A stretch of DNA of 64,000 bases from Deltaproteobacteria bacterium (GTDB lineage Bacteria > Myxococcota_A > Polyangia > Polyangiales > Houyiibacteriaceae). Below are positions 1 to 9,071 of the stretch, in pieces. Both the position numbers and the translations under genes were made by a program. The stretch is from assembly GCA_034670305.1 (NCBI GenBank), contig JAXMNT010000006.1:1-64000 (forward strand), given 5' to 3'. How positions within the stretch are numbered: the first letter of the stretch is position 1; every line of letters starts with the position of its first letter. Under the pieces are notes generated by a model. It was not told the DNA's origin. It was given only the letters and a program-made list of their open reading frames with translations, and did no database searches.

Positions 1-41
1 TCGCGATGCTCGTCGCGCTGATCAAGCGATCTGACCGCTGA
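1..41 (+). CDS. 3' end of a gene entering the window (partial)
   Basis: Frame from position 3 reads AMLVALIKRSDR* with TGA at 39-41; followed by an intergenic repeat. Confidence 0.4.
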   Translation, partial: AMLVALIKRSDR

Positions 42-46
42 TCCGC

Positions 47-82
47 GGGCAAGGGCAAAGGCAAGGGCAGGGGCAAGGGGCA
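47..82 (+). repeat. GGGCAA-type G-rich hexamer motif (variant copy)
   Basis: GGGCAAGGGCAAAGGCAAGGGCAGGGGCAAGGGG between convergent genes; same family as copies at 18109, 41802, 42472, 51668, 56068. Confidence 0.85.
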
Positions 83-121
83 GGCTGCGAGAACGCCCTG
101 CGGGCGTTCTTCAGCAACCTG

Positions 122-328
122 CTAGTCGTCGCCTTTGGGGGTCAGGAAGACGAGGGTCATGCCGAGGATGATCATGCCGATGCGGATGGCCCAGGCCGCG
201 TCTCGGCCCCAGCGCATGTGCCAGGAGACGAAAGGGTGATCGAAGCGGAACACATGGAGCGCGTCGAGAAGGAAGAGGACTCCGAAGAGGATCAGGATGA
301 CCCCCATGAGCTGCATGAACGTCTTCAT
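122..328 (-). CDS. small two-TM membrane protein
   Basis: 68-aa ORF with two hydrophobic helices and GC-typical codon usage. Confidence 0.75.
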   Translation of the reverse strand: MKTFMQLMGVILILFGVLFLLDALHVFRFDHPFVSWHMRWGRDAAWAIRIGMIILGMTLVFLTPKGDD

Positions 329-477
329 CGCGGGCCACCCGCGTTCGAGTGCGGCTGCTCGATCATCATGGCGCGAGGGTACCGCACGCGTTGTGCCGCG
401 GAGCGCTCAAATCCGGTCGATGGACCCACGAAGCGGCGCGGTACTGCGGCTGGCTGATCGTGCGCTAGCATGTCGGC

Positions 478-1341
478 ATGCAACTGCGGATCGGACTTCT
501 GGTGCTGGCGATCGGTGCATGCGCCGACACCCACGACGTGACACTGGACGACGCGGGCGTTCGGGATGCGCGGACGGACACGACCGGCGCGTGTTCGGCG
601 CCTCCGCCCACGAGCCCATGCGCCATCGCGGGCCGCGAGCCCGGCTGTTGCGAGGAAGTGCCACCCGCGTGTGTGGACGGAGAGTGGTACTGCCCCCGGC
701 CGGAAGACATGGGCTGGGCATGCGAGACGTTCCGCTGCGGCGAGCCGCCGGAGTGCCGTGGGTTCCCGTCGAACTGCCGCGCGATGGAAGCGGGCTGCTG
801 CGGGGACGAGACGATCTTGGCGGTCTGCGAGTTCGGCCGGTTCGTGTGCCCAGACGGCTTCGTCGAGGAGATGGCGTGCCCGCCCGAGTGTCCCACAGGG
901 GCGTGTGAGGGACGCACCGAGGTCGCGTGCCTCGCCAACCCCGGGTGCGTCGCCCGGTACGACGACCGATGCTGCAGTTCCTGCGAACCCGGACCGTGTG
1001 CGGACTGCGTCGACCCTGCGTTCTACGAGTGTGCGGAGCGTTCGTCCTGCGGCGATCCAGGGTTCTGCTCGACGCCCGCGCCCGGCGCCTGCGAGAGCGA
1101 AGCGCCCCCCTGTGAAGACGCGGTGCGTGTGAACGACAGCCGTTGCAACATTCCCGGCTGCGTGCCCGCGGTTCGATGCATCGGTGGTCCGTGCGAGGAG
1201 ACCTGCCGCGCGCTCCGCGGAGACAGCTGCGAGACCTTCTGTTTTCGAGATCCGCCCGAGTGTCCGGCCGGGACCGTCCCGGAAGCGGAAGAGGGATGTT
1301 TCTCGGATTGGTGCATCCCAGCCGAGTACTGCGGCGGCTGA
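478..1341 (+). CDS. cysteine-rich lipoprotein (myxobacterial type)
   Basis: Signal peptide ending LAIGA-C; about 41 Cys in 287 aa. Confidence 0.8.
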   Translation: MQLRIGLLVLAIGACADTHDVTLDDAGVRDARTDTTGACSAPPPTSPCAIAGREPGCCEEVPPACVDGEWYCPRPEDMGWACETFRCGEPPECRGFPSNCRAMEAGCCGDETILAVCEFGRFVCPDGFVEEMACPPECPTGACEGRTEVACLANPGCVARYDDRCCSSCEPGPCADCVDPAFYECAERSSCGDPGFCSTPAPGACESEAPPCEDAVRVNDSRCNIPGCVPAVRCIGGPCEETCRALRGDSCETFCFRDPPECPAGTVPEAEEGCFSDWCIPAEYCGG

Positions 1342-1432
1342 CCTCTATTGGCTACGCCAAGACGTCGTGGTCATTGACCCCGCGACGCGGGTGACGGCTG
1401 GCCGGAGATGGGGAGCGAAGTGATGGCCTCAC

Positions 1433-4400
1433 CTAGCCCCACTTCGTCAGCAGTGACGGCACCACGAGCATGTTGAGCACGGTCGAAGTCGCGAGACCGA
1501 TGAGGATGACGAGGGCCATCGGGGCCTGGATCTCTGCGCCCGGTTCGCCGAGCGCGAGACCGAGCGGGAGAAGACCGAGTGAGGCGGTGATCGCCGTCAT
1601 CAAGATCGGTGCGAGTCGCTGCCGCGCCCCTTCCAGCACCGATGCCGCGTGTTCCATGCCCTGCTTCTCGAGCTCTCCCGCCCGGGTGGCGAGCAGCAGT
1701 CCGTTGCGGGTCGCGATCCCGAACAGGGTGATGAATCCGATCGTCGTCGCGACCGACATCGTGCCGGCGATGTAAACGCCCACCACGCCCCCCACGAGCG
1801 CCAGCGGCAGGTTCACCAGGACGATGGCCGCGCGGCGCACGCTGCCGAGCGTGGCCTGAACGACGAACGCGACGCCGATGAGCGCCAGGATGCCGAGCAG
1901 CAAGAGCTGGCTCGTCGCCTTCTGTTCCTGTTCGATGCGGCCGGTGTGTTCGAGTCGCACACCGGGAGGCACGAGGACGTTCGACTCCACCGCTTCCCGC
2001 GCCGCGTCGGCGGCGGACCCGAGATCTCGACCCGAGACGTTGGCCGTGACGCGGACCCGCCGCCGGCCGTTCTCGCGCATCACGAAGTTGGGTGCGCGCT
2101 CTTCGCCGACGTCTGCGAGCACCTCGAGCGGCACCAGTGCGCCACTCGGGGTGGGGATCCGCGCTTCGCGCAACCGGCGGCGGTCGTGGCGGATGTCCTC
2201 CGCGTAGCGAACCCGGAGCGGGGTGGCGACGCCGTCTTCGTAGAGGTTGCCCACCACCTCGCCCCAGAGCGCGAGCCCGAGGGCGTCGGCGGCGGCGCCG
2301 CGCGAGAACCCGTATCTGCTCGCCGCGGGTTCGTCGATGACCAGGTCGAGGTGCGGCACGTCGACGATGGGCTCGATGTTGACGTCGACCAGTCCTTCGA
2401 CTTCGGAGAGCGCGACCCGTGCCCGCTCGGCGACGCGTCGCAGCACGTCGAGGTCGTCGCCCACCACCTGCACGCCGAGGGCGGCACGCTGGCCGCTCAG
2501 CATGTGATCGATCCGGTGGGCGAGCGGCCCACCGAACGAAAGTGAGCCGGGCACCACCGCGAGACGCTCTCGCAGCTCGGCGATCAGTCGCTCGCGGTCT
2601 GCCGCCTCAGGTCGGTCGGCGTGGAGCGTGATCTCGATCTCGTTGGTCTCCGGACCGAGCACATGTTCGTCGTCGTCGGCCCGTCCAGTGCGGCGCGTGG
2701 TGGATGCGACCGCCGGATGCTCGAGCAGCTTCTGTTCGGCCAGGTGCCCGAGCGCGTCCGAGTCCTCGAGCGAGGTGCCGGGGAGCCCGATCATCACGAG
2801 GTTCAAGCTGCCTTCATTGAGCTCGGGCAAGAACGAGCGGCCGGCCTGGGAGATGCCGAGCCCGCCGACGCCGAGCAGGAGCACCGAGCCGAGCGCGATG
2901 ACGATGGGGTGCCGGACCGCCCACTGGAGCAGCGGTTCGTAGCCCTTGAGGATCTTGCGCTGGACCCAGGGTTCGTGGGTGCCGCCCGACTTGTTGCGGC
3001 CGAGCAAGATCGAAGCGAGCGCGGGCGTGACCGTGAGCGCGACAATGAGGGAGCCGCCGATCGCGAGCAGGTACGCGAGCGCGAGCGGGCGCAGCAGGCG
3101 GCCCTCGAACCCGTCGAGCATCAAGAGCGGAACGAACACGAGGCCGATGATCGCGGTGGCGCTGACGATCGCGGAACGTACTTCGGTCGATGCGTGCAGC
3201 ACCGTCGTGAGCACGGGCTCGCGCTCTTCCTTGGGCAACGCGGCGCGCGTGCGGAGGTGGCGGGTGATGTTCTCGACGTCGACGATCGCATCGTCGACGA
3301 GCTCGCCGACGGCGATTGCCAACCCTCCGAGCGTCATGGTGTCGAGCCGAAGGCCAAAGAAGTCGAGCAGCAAGGTCGCGACGAGCAGCGAGAGCGGCAG
3401 CGCGACCACGCTGACGATCGTCGCGCCGACGCTCCAGAGGAAGAGCGCCAAGACGACCGCGACCAAGAGCGCACCGTCGAGCAGGACCGAGAAGAGGTTG
3501 TCGGTCGCGCGCTGGATGAACGTCGACTGACGAAAGCTCTCCCGCTCGATCTCGATGCCGCGCTGGTCGAGATCGGTTTCCAGCGCGTCGAGCGCGTCGT
3601 CCAGGGCGCGCGTGGTGGCCATCGTGTCCGCCTCGGGCTGCTTGAGCACACCGAGGATCACCGACGACTGCGCATTGTAACTGCCGGTGCCGCGGCGCAC
3701 GCGCGGGCCGAACTTCACTTCCGCCACGTCCCGCACCCGCACCGGCACTCCGTCTCGGATCGCGATGGGGATCGCGCCGACTTCCTCGGCATCCTGAGCG
3801 CGCCCGAGCACCCGCACGATCGCCTCGACGCCGCGTTCGGTGACGTAGCCACCGGCCGCGTTCGCGCTGCCCCGCTCCACCGCATCCGCCACGTCGTGGG
3901 AAGTGAGCCCAAAGCTCGACATCCGGTCCGGGTCGACGACTACGTGCATCTCGCGGGCTTCGCCCCCGATCACGGTCACCTGCGCCACTCCGTCGACCGC
4001 CAGCAGGCGGCGCCGGATGTCGGCGTCGACGGCGCGGCGCACGGTCATGGGGTCGACCAGGTCGTCGCCGTCTTCGTTCTGCTTCGACCGAATGGCGAGG
4101 AACGCGATCTCGGCCATGACCGAAGAAGCCGGGGCGAGCGTCGGGGGTTCCGCGCCGCGGGGGAGGGTCACCGCTTGGACCCGTTCGGTCACGCGCTGGC
4201 GTGCCACCGCGTCGTCCGTGTCCCAGTCGAAGTCGAGCCAGACGATCGACAGTCCGGGCGCCGAGACCGAGCGCATCTGCCGGATCCCGCCCGTACCCGC
4301 CGCGATCGATTCGATCGGGTACGTGACGAGCTGTTCGACTTCGACCGGCGCGAGGCCGGGCGCGTTCGTGATCACCGCGACCCGTGGAGCGCTGACGTCG

Positions 4401-4519
4401 GGAAACACGTCCACCGGCATGTCGGTGACGCGCATGATGCCTACCACGCACAGGCCCACTGCCGCGGCCAGGACGATTCCGCGGTTGCGGAGGGAGAATC
4501 CGATGAGTCCGTCGAGCAC
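1433..4519 (-). CDS. CusA/CzcA-family heavy-metal efflux RND permease
   Basis: 1028 aa; VDVFPD N-terminal motif, GELVDDAIVDVEN, RLAPILMT; RND topology. Confidence 0.95.
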   Translation of the reverse strand: MLDGLIGFSLRNRGIVLAAAVGLCVVGIMRVTDMPVDVFPDVSAPRVAVITNAPGLAPVEVEQLVTYPIESIAAGTGGIRQMRSVSAPGLSIVWLDFDWDTDDAVARQRVTERVQAVTLPRGAEPPTLAPASSVMAEIAFLAIRSKQNEDGDDLVDPMTVRRAVDADIRRRLLAVDGVAQVTVIGGEAREMHVVVDPDRMSSFGLTSHDVADAVERGSANAAGGYVTERGVEAIVRVLGRAQDAEEVGAIPIAIRDGVPVRVRDVAEVKFGPRVRRGTGSYNAQSSVILGVLKQPEADTMATTRALDDALDALETDLDQRGIEIERESFRQSTFIQRATDNLFSVLLDGALLVAVVLALFLWSVGATIVSVVALPLSLLVATLLLDFFGLRLDTMTLGGLAIAVGELVDDAIVDVENITRHLRTRAALPKEEREPVLTTVLHASTEVRSAIVSATAIIGLVFVPLLMLDGFEGRLLRPLALAYLLAIGGSLIVALTVTPALASILLGRNKSGGTHEPWVQRKILKGYEPLLQWAVRHPIVIALGSVLLLGVGGLGISQAGRSFLPELNEGSLNLVMIGLPGTSLEDSDALGHLAEQKLLEHPAVASTTRRTGRADDDEHVLGPETNEIEITLHADRPEAADRERLIAELRERLAVVPGSLSFGGPLAHRIDHMLSGQRAALGVQVVGDDLDVLRRVAERARVALSEVEGLVDVNIEPIVDVPHLDLVIDEPAASRYGFSRGAAADALGLALWGEVVGNLYEDGVATPLRVRYAEDIRHDRRRLREARIPTPSGALVPLEVLADVGEERAPNFVMRENGRRRVRVTANVSGRDLGSAADAAREAVESNVLVPPGVRLEHTGRIEQEQKATSQLLLLGILALIGVAFVVQATLGSVRRAAIVLVNLPLALVGGVVGVYIAGTMSVATTIGFITLFGIATRNGLLLATRAGELEKQGMEHAASVLEGARQRLAPILMTAITASLGLLPLGLALGEPGAEIQAPMALVILIGLATSTVLNMLVVPSLLTKWG

Positions 4520-4527
4520 GATCTATC

Positions 4528-6252
4528 TCAGTGCACGTGGCCGTGGCCGATGGTTTCGGATCCATGCGCCGCGAGCCGTACGTAGGAACCGCCGCGCGTG
4601 ACGATGCGTGTCCCGGCGTCCACGCCCGATTCGATGACGATCGAGTCGCCCGCTTCCGCGCCGGTACGGACTGTCCGCTCTTCGAAGAGTTCGCCTTCGA
4701 CCTGTGCCATCACCACGCTGCGGCCGGCGGCGTCGAGGACGGCGGACCGCGGCACGACGACCGCGCGCTGGGGTCGACCCACCGGAACCGCGACCCGGAG
4801 CGCGGCGCCCACGCGCAGGGTCGAGTCCAGCTCTCCGTCGGCGACGAGCTCGTAGGTGACCCGTACGGTGCGGGTGCGTTCGTCGATCGAACGACCCACC
4901 GAGACGACGCGTGCGGTGCCTCCTTCGGAGACATCCAACGGGTGCCAGTCTTCGCCGCCCAGCAACTGGAAGGCGCCGTTGCCTTCGGCGACGAATCGAG
5001 CGGCCCAGCCTTCCGGAACTTCCGCTCGAACCCAGAGGACCGAGGGGTCGATGATGCGAAATATCCGGTGACCGCCTTCGACCGTCTCGCCCGGGCTGCA
5101 GTCGACGTCGTCGATGATGCCGGAGATCGGCGCGGTGATTCTCCACCCGCCGCGCCCGCGACCCGATTGCGCCGCCGAGTAGAGAGACAGCGCCTGCCGC
5201 GAGGCCGAGAGCGAGGACTCGGCGACCCGCAGCGCCCGCTCCGCCTCGGCCACGCGACGTGCGGGCGTGGCTTGTTCGGCGAGCAACCGCTGCTGGCGCT
5301 CGAGGTCGGCCTGGGCTTCTTCCACTCGGGCCTGCGCGCCGACCACGCCCAGTCGTGCGCGCGTCGCGTCCTCCGGAGAAGACGGCGTGGGCGCAAGCTG
5401 CACGAGCAGTTGGTTCTGTCGGACGGTCGCACCCGGGTTCGGGATTCCGTCGCGCCCGGGGACGATGCGGCCCGCGATCGGGGCGTGTACGAGCGCGGTG
5501 CCGGCGGGCGGGGTCACGAGCTGACCGCTGACTTCGCTGGTCGGTTGCACCTCACGCAGCTCCGCGAACTGGGTGGCGAACGGCACACTCCACTGCTGCT
5601 CCTTCGGCACCTCGATCTGCTCGGTCTCGTGGTGGTGCTCGCCTTGATGGGCGGCCGCGGCGTGCGGGTAGACGGTGTGTTCGCTTCGGATCGTCTCTTC
5701 ACCGACCGTCCAGAGCACCGAGAACCGCCCGGCCGGACGGCCGTCGACCTGCGCCCTGACCACGCCTGGTTCGTCTGTCGTCTCCACTCGCAGCGTGGTG
5801 TCGCCGATGCTGGCTTGGACCGCGGCGGTCGCCGGGTGGAATGTGTCGAGGTTCGTGAAGTGCGCGACCAGGACGGCGTCCTGGCGGAGCAGGAGGATGG
5901 GGTGGGCGACGAAGACCTCCAGCGTCTCGCTCCATTCGGTGGTGTGCACCGGTTCGGATTCGTCGCCGTGGTCGTGGCCCGCGTGTTCGTCGTGGCCTTC
6001 GTGTTCGCCGTGGTCGTGGCCTTCGTGTTCGCCGTGGTCGTGGCCGTCGTGGTCGTGGCCTTCGTGTTCGCCGTGGTCGTGGCCTTCGTGTTCGCCGTGG
6101 TCGTGCCCTTCGTGTTCGCCGTGGTCGTGACCGTGGTCGTCTTCGGGCTCTCCGCAGCCGAAGGCGGAGAGGGACAGCATCAACGCGACCGAAAGCCACT
6201 GGCGGGTGCAGGTGTGGGCTTCGGGTCGGGTGTGGGGAGAGGTCGAGTTCAA
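4528..6252 (-). CDS. RND efflux periplasmic adaptor (CzcB/CusB-like) lipoprotein with His-rich N-terminal repeat
   Basis: Lipobox LSAFG-C, (DHGEHEGH)n tract, APIAG/APISG barrel-sandwich motifs. Start assumed at TTG overlapping the TolC stop; ATG at 6180 is an alternative. Confidence 0.9.
   Translation of the reverse strand: MNSTSPHTRPEAHTCTRQWLSVALMLSLSAFGCGEPEDDHGHDHGEHEGHDHGEHEGHDHGEHEGHDHDGHDHGEHEGHDHGEHEGHDEHAGHDHGDESEPVHTTEWSETLEVFVAHPILLLRQDAVLVAHFTNLDTFHPATAAVQASIGDTTLRVETTDEPGVVRAQVDGRPAGRFSVLWTVGEETIRSEHTVYPHAAAAHQGEHHHETEQIEVPKEQQWSVPFATQFAELREVQPTSEVSGQLVTPPAGTALVHAPIAGRIVPGRDGIPNPGATVRQNQLLVQLAPTPSSPEDATRARLGVVGAQARVEEAQADLERQQRLLAEQATPARRVAEAERALRVAESSLSASRQALSLYSAAQSGRGRGGWRITAPISGIIDDVDCSPGETVEGGHRIFRIIDPSVLWVRAEVPEGWAARFVAEGNGAFQLLGGEDWHPLDVSEGGTARVVSVGRSIDERTRTVRVTYELVADGELDSTLRVGAALRVAVPVGRPQRAVVVPRSAVLDAAGRSVVMAQVEGELFEERTVRTGAEAGDSIVIESGVDAGTRIVTRGGSYVRLAAHGSETIGHGHVH
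5965..6140 (-). repeat. 24-bp coding tandem repeat encoding DHGEHEGH
   Basis: GTGGTCGTGGCCTTCGTGTTCGCC repeated about 5 times plus degenerate units. Confidence 0.95.
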
Positions 6253-7469
6253 AGCGTTCCCATGGCGGCCCGGAGCGCGACGTCGGCAAGACGCACGGCC
6301 AGGTCGAGTTCGATGGCGCGGTCGGCGATCTCGATCGCGGCCCGGCGCGCGTCGAGCCACTCGATCAGTCGTTGTTCCCCCTCGCGGTAGGCAGCGAGTA
6401 CGGCACGCACGAGCACATCGGCTTCTTCGGCTGCTCCTTCGGCGAACCGGGCGCGGGTTTCGAGCAGGGCTTGAAGCTCCGCGTGTCGGCCCCGCACCGC
6501 TGCGTCGACCTGTCGGCCGACCGCGAGCGTCCATTGTTCGGAGGCGGCCGCTGCGCCGCGCGCTTCGCCCGCTTCGCCCTGTCCGTGATCGAAGAAGGGC
6601 AGGGTGATCTCGGCGCCGATCGTGTAGCCGTGTCCAGCCGGTGCAAACTGACGGTTGTATCCGGCGGTGAGTTCGAACGTCGGCAGCCAGGCGGTGCGGG
6701 CAGCGCGGGCAGCCCGTTCGGCATGGCCTCGGAAGGACTCGAGCGCCGCCAGTTCGGGGCGCTCCAAGCGCGCCTTGGAGAGGGCCGCGTCGAGGGTGGG
6801 CGCGTCCACGTCGAAGTCGCCGCCGAAGGGGCGCTCCGGAAGTCCGAGTTGGCGGCTCAACTCCACCGAACGCGCCTGCAACGTGGCGCGAAGTTGGCCG
6901 AGTCGGCTGTCGGCGCGCCGCCGCTCGAGTCGCAGTCGCATCCCCTCGTAGCCCGCCGCATCGCCGGCCGACTCACGGGCCTGAACCACCCGTTCGGCTT
7001 CGGCCAGGACCTCGAGGCTCTGCACCCGCACATCCACCTGACGCTGGAGCGCCAGCACCTCGTAGAACCGCTGCAACGCGAGCGCGCTGGCATCCAAGGT
7101 GCCCACCGCTTCGCCGGCTTCTGCGAGGGAGAGGTCGGCGTCGGCCAGTGCCCGTGCGGCACGTCGACGGCCCGACAGATCGATCGGCAAGGCGAGTTGA
7201 ATGACGTCCTGAGACTGAGCGTTCGGATCGAACGTCTGTTGGCGTTCCCACCCGATCCGAGGGTTGGGCGCCAGCCCGATCCCAGCTCGGGCGCCGCGAA
7301 GACGTGCGGCCGTCAGGGCGGCGCGCGCTGCGGGTTCGAGGGCACCGGCCTGCCCAAGGACGTCGGCCTCTGTCAGAGGCTCTGCGTTCGACTGCGCTCG
7401 GCCCGCGGTTGGATCCACGACCAAGAATCCCAGACACACCACGACGGCGCTGGATGCTCTCTTGAACAT
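6249..7469 (-). CDS. TolC/CzcC-family outer membrane efflux protein
   Basis: Signal peptide, PNP motif, LPFFDHGQGE, AYREGE...EWLDARR; first gene of the efflux operon. Confidence 0.9.
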   Translation of the reverse strand: MFKRASSAVVVCLGFLVVDPTAGRAQSNAEPLTEADVLGQAGALEPAARAALTAARLRGARAGIGLAPNPRIGWERQQTFDPNAQSQDVIQLALPIDLSGRRRAARALADADLSLAEAGEAVGTLDASALALQRFYEVLALQRQVDVRVQSLEVLAEAERVVQARESAGDAAGYEGMRLRLERRRADSRLGQLRATLQARSVELSRQLGLPERPFGGDFDVDAPTLDAALSKARLERPELAALESFRGHAERAARAARTAWLPTFELTAGYNRQFAPAGHGYTIGAEITLPFFDHGQGEAGEARGAAAASEQWTLAVGRQVDAAVRGRHAELQALLETRARFAEGAAEEADVLVRAVLAAYREGEQRLIEWLDARRAAIEIADRAIELDLAVRLADVALRAAMGTL

Positions 7470-7506
7470 TCCATCAAATGATGAAATGACAGAACGAAAG
7501 AATCAA
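7470..7506 (-). promoter_or_regulatory. candidate sigma70 promoter with overlapping palindrome for the efflux operon
   Basis: Minus strand TTGATT-N17-CATCAT-N8-ATG; inverted repeat CATCA-AA-TGATG at 7472-7483; locally AT-rich. Confidence 0.45.
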
Positions 7507-7564
7507 GCGGTATCTGCGGTGGATTCGCAGAGCCTGCGATCGTCCAGCCCGTCTCCCGCTCTGC

Positions 7565-7918
7565 TCAGTCCGAGGGTTCCAGCAGCCACGCTTCGGCTGT
7601 GGCACGGTCCGAGAAGGGGCGCATCTGCTGCCCGCTCGCCATCGCCATCGCTCGGATGACCATGTGCCAGAGCGTACGTTCGGTGACGATCGCGACCCGC
7701 CCGAGTCGCCCTTTGTTCGTGCGGTGCCAGTCCACGAACGCGCCCCGTGCCTCGGATGTGTATCCGGTCATGGCGTTCGCATCGATCAGGAGTCGATGGG
7801 TCAGCTTGCTGGCGGCCAGCGTTGCGTCGATCGGCTTCATCTGCCGTTCGAGCGAATCCTCGGTGAGCTCCCCGTCCAGCGATAGGAAGAGCGTCCGGGC
7901 GGTGGGGCCGGTGCGCAT
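7565..7918 (-). CDS. STAS/SEC14 (SpoIIAA-like) domain protein
   Basis: LLIDANAMTGYTSEAR...GRVAIV...RPFSDRATAEAWL pattern. Confidence 0.8.
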   Translation of the reverse strand: MRTGPTARTLFLSLDGELTEDSLERQMKPIDATLAASKLTHRLLIDANAMTGYTSEARGAFVDWHRTNKGRLGRVAIVTERTLWHMVIRAMAMASGQQMRPFSDRATAEAWLLEPSD

Positions 7919-7967
7919 CGTGGCTCAATGTACCGAATGGCGGGGTCCGCGGATAGCACGGCGGGCC

Positions 7968-8957
7968 TCAGGGCAGGTCGGCGGAGACCCCGTGGGGAAG
8001 GATGCGGAACGCGTCCTCGGCCAACCCCGCGGCAGCGCGTGCTTCGACCAGCTTCGCCGGAGGTTCGTCCATCGGCTCATCGGTCAGTCGAAACGTGCCG
8101 TAGTGCATGCCGACGCTCGTCTGAGCGCCAAGGTCGAGGTGGGCCTGCACCGCTTCGGTGGGATCGACGTGGACCGGTTTCATCAAGGCACGCGGCTGGT
8201 ACGCGCCGATGGGGACGAGCGCGACACGGGGTGCGCCGATGCGTTCGCGGATCCGTGCGAAGTGCGCGCCGTATCCAGTGTCTCCACAGAACAGCAGCCG
8301 CCCCGCGAGTGGATGTTCGACGACGAGGCCGACCCAAAGCGTGACGTCGCGATCGCGCGGGCCGCGGCCGCTGAAGTGCTGCATCTCGACCGCGGTCACG
8401 GTGACGTCGTTCACGCGGGTGGATGCCCACCAATCGAGTTCGATCGCGCCGCCGATGTCGTGCTTCTCGAGCAGCTGCCGGTTGCCGAGGCCGGTGACGA
8501 TCGTCGGCGTGTCGTGCGCGTCCGCGATGCGCTTGAGCGTCGAGACGCTGAGGTGGTCGTAGTGGTTGTGGCTGACGAGTACGAGATCGATGGGTGGCAA
8601 ATCGTCGAATCGGATCGCGGCTGGACGAAAGCGCTTGGGACCGGCGAAACGGACCGGGCTGGTGCGCGGTTCCCAGAGCGGATCGGTGAGCACGTTCAGC
8701 CCCTGCATCTGAATGAGCAGGGTGGCGTGGCCCACGAGCGTCACGCGGAGGGTGTCGCCGAAGACGCGCGCTTCAGGCTTCGGACCAGGCGGAGGATCGA
8801 TGCGGGTCCACCCTTCGCCCGCTCGGCGCTCGCGGCTCGTCATCCACTTGAGGAACGCGCTGGCTTTGCCGTGTTCGATCGGCGCGGTGTTGTGGAAGTG
8901 CCGGCCGTCGAAGTGATCGCTTTTCGGGCCGGTGTAAGGCGGTGCGTTAAAGAACAT
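7968..8957 (-). CDS. MBL-fold metallo-hydrolase (NAPE-PLD/RomA-like)
   Basis: GHATLLI, LTDPLW, SHNHYDHL, GDTGY, PIGAYQP, MHYGTF motifs. Confidence 0.93.
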   Translation of the reverse strand: MFFNAPPYTGPKSDHFDGRHFHNTAPIEHGKASAFLKWMTSRERRAGEGWTRIDPPPGPKPEARVFGDTLRVTLVGHATLLIQMQGLNVLTDPLWEPRTSPVRFAGPKRFRPAAIRFDDLPPIDLVLVSHNHYDHLSVSTLKRIADAHDTPTIVTGLGNRQLLEKHDIGGAIELDWWASTRVNDVTVTAVEMQHFSGRGPRDRDVTLWVGLVVEHPLAGRLLFCGDTGYGAHFARIRERIGAPRVALVPIGAYQPRALMKPVHVDPTEAVQAHLDLGAQTSVGMHYGTFRLTDEPMDEPPAKLVEARAAAGLAEDAFRILPHGVSADLP

Positions 8958-9071
8958 TTGCTGCGGGTCCAGATATGAATGATGGTTCAGTCGCTCGCGC
9001 GACGCTCGACGGCGCGTTCAAGACACCCCTTCTGCACCAGGGAACGGCTGGTCAGGAAAGCACAGGCTCCC

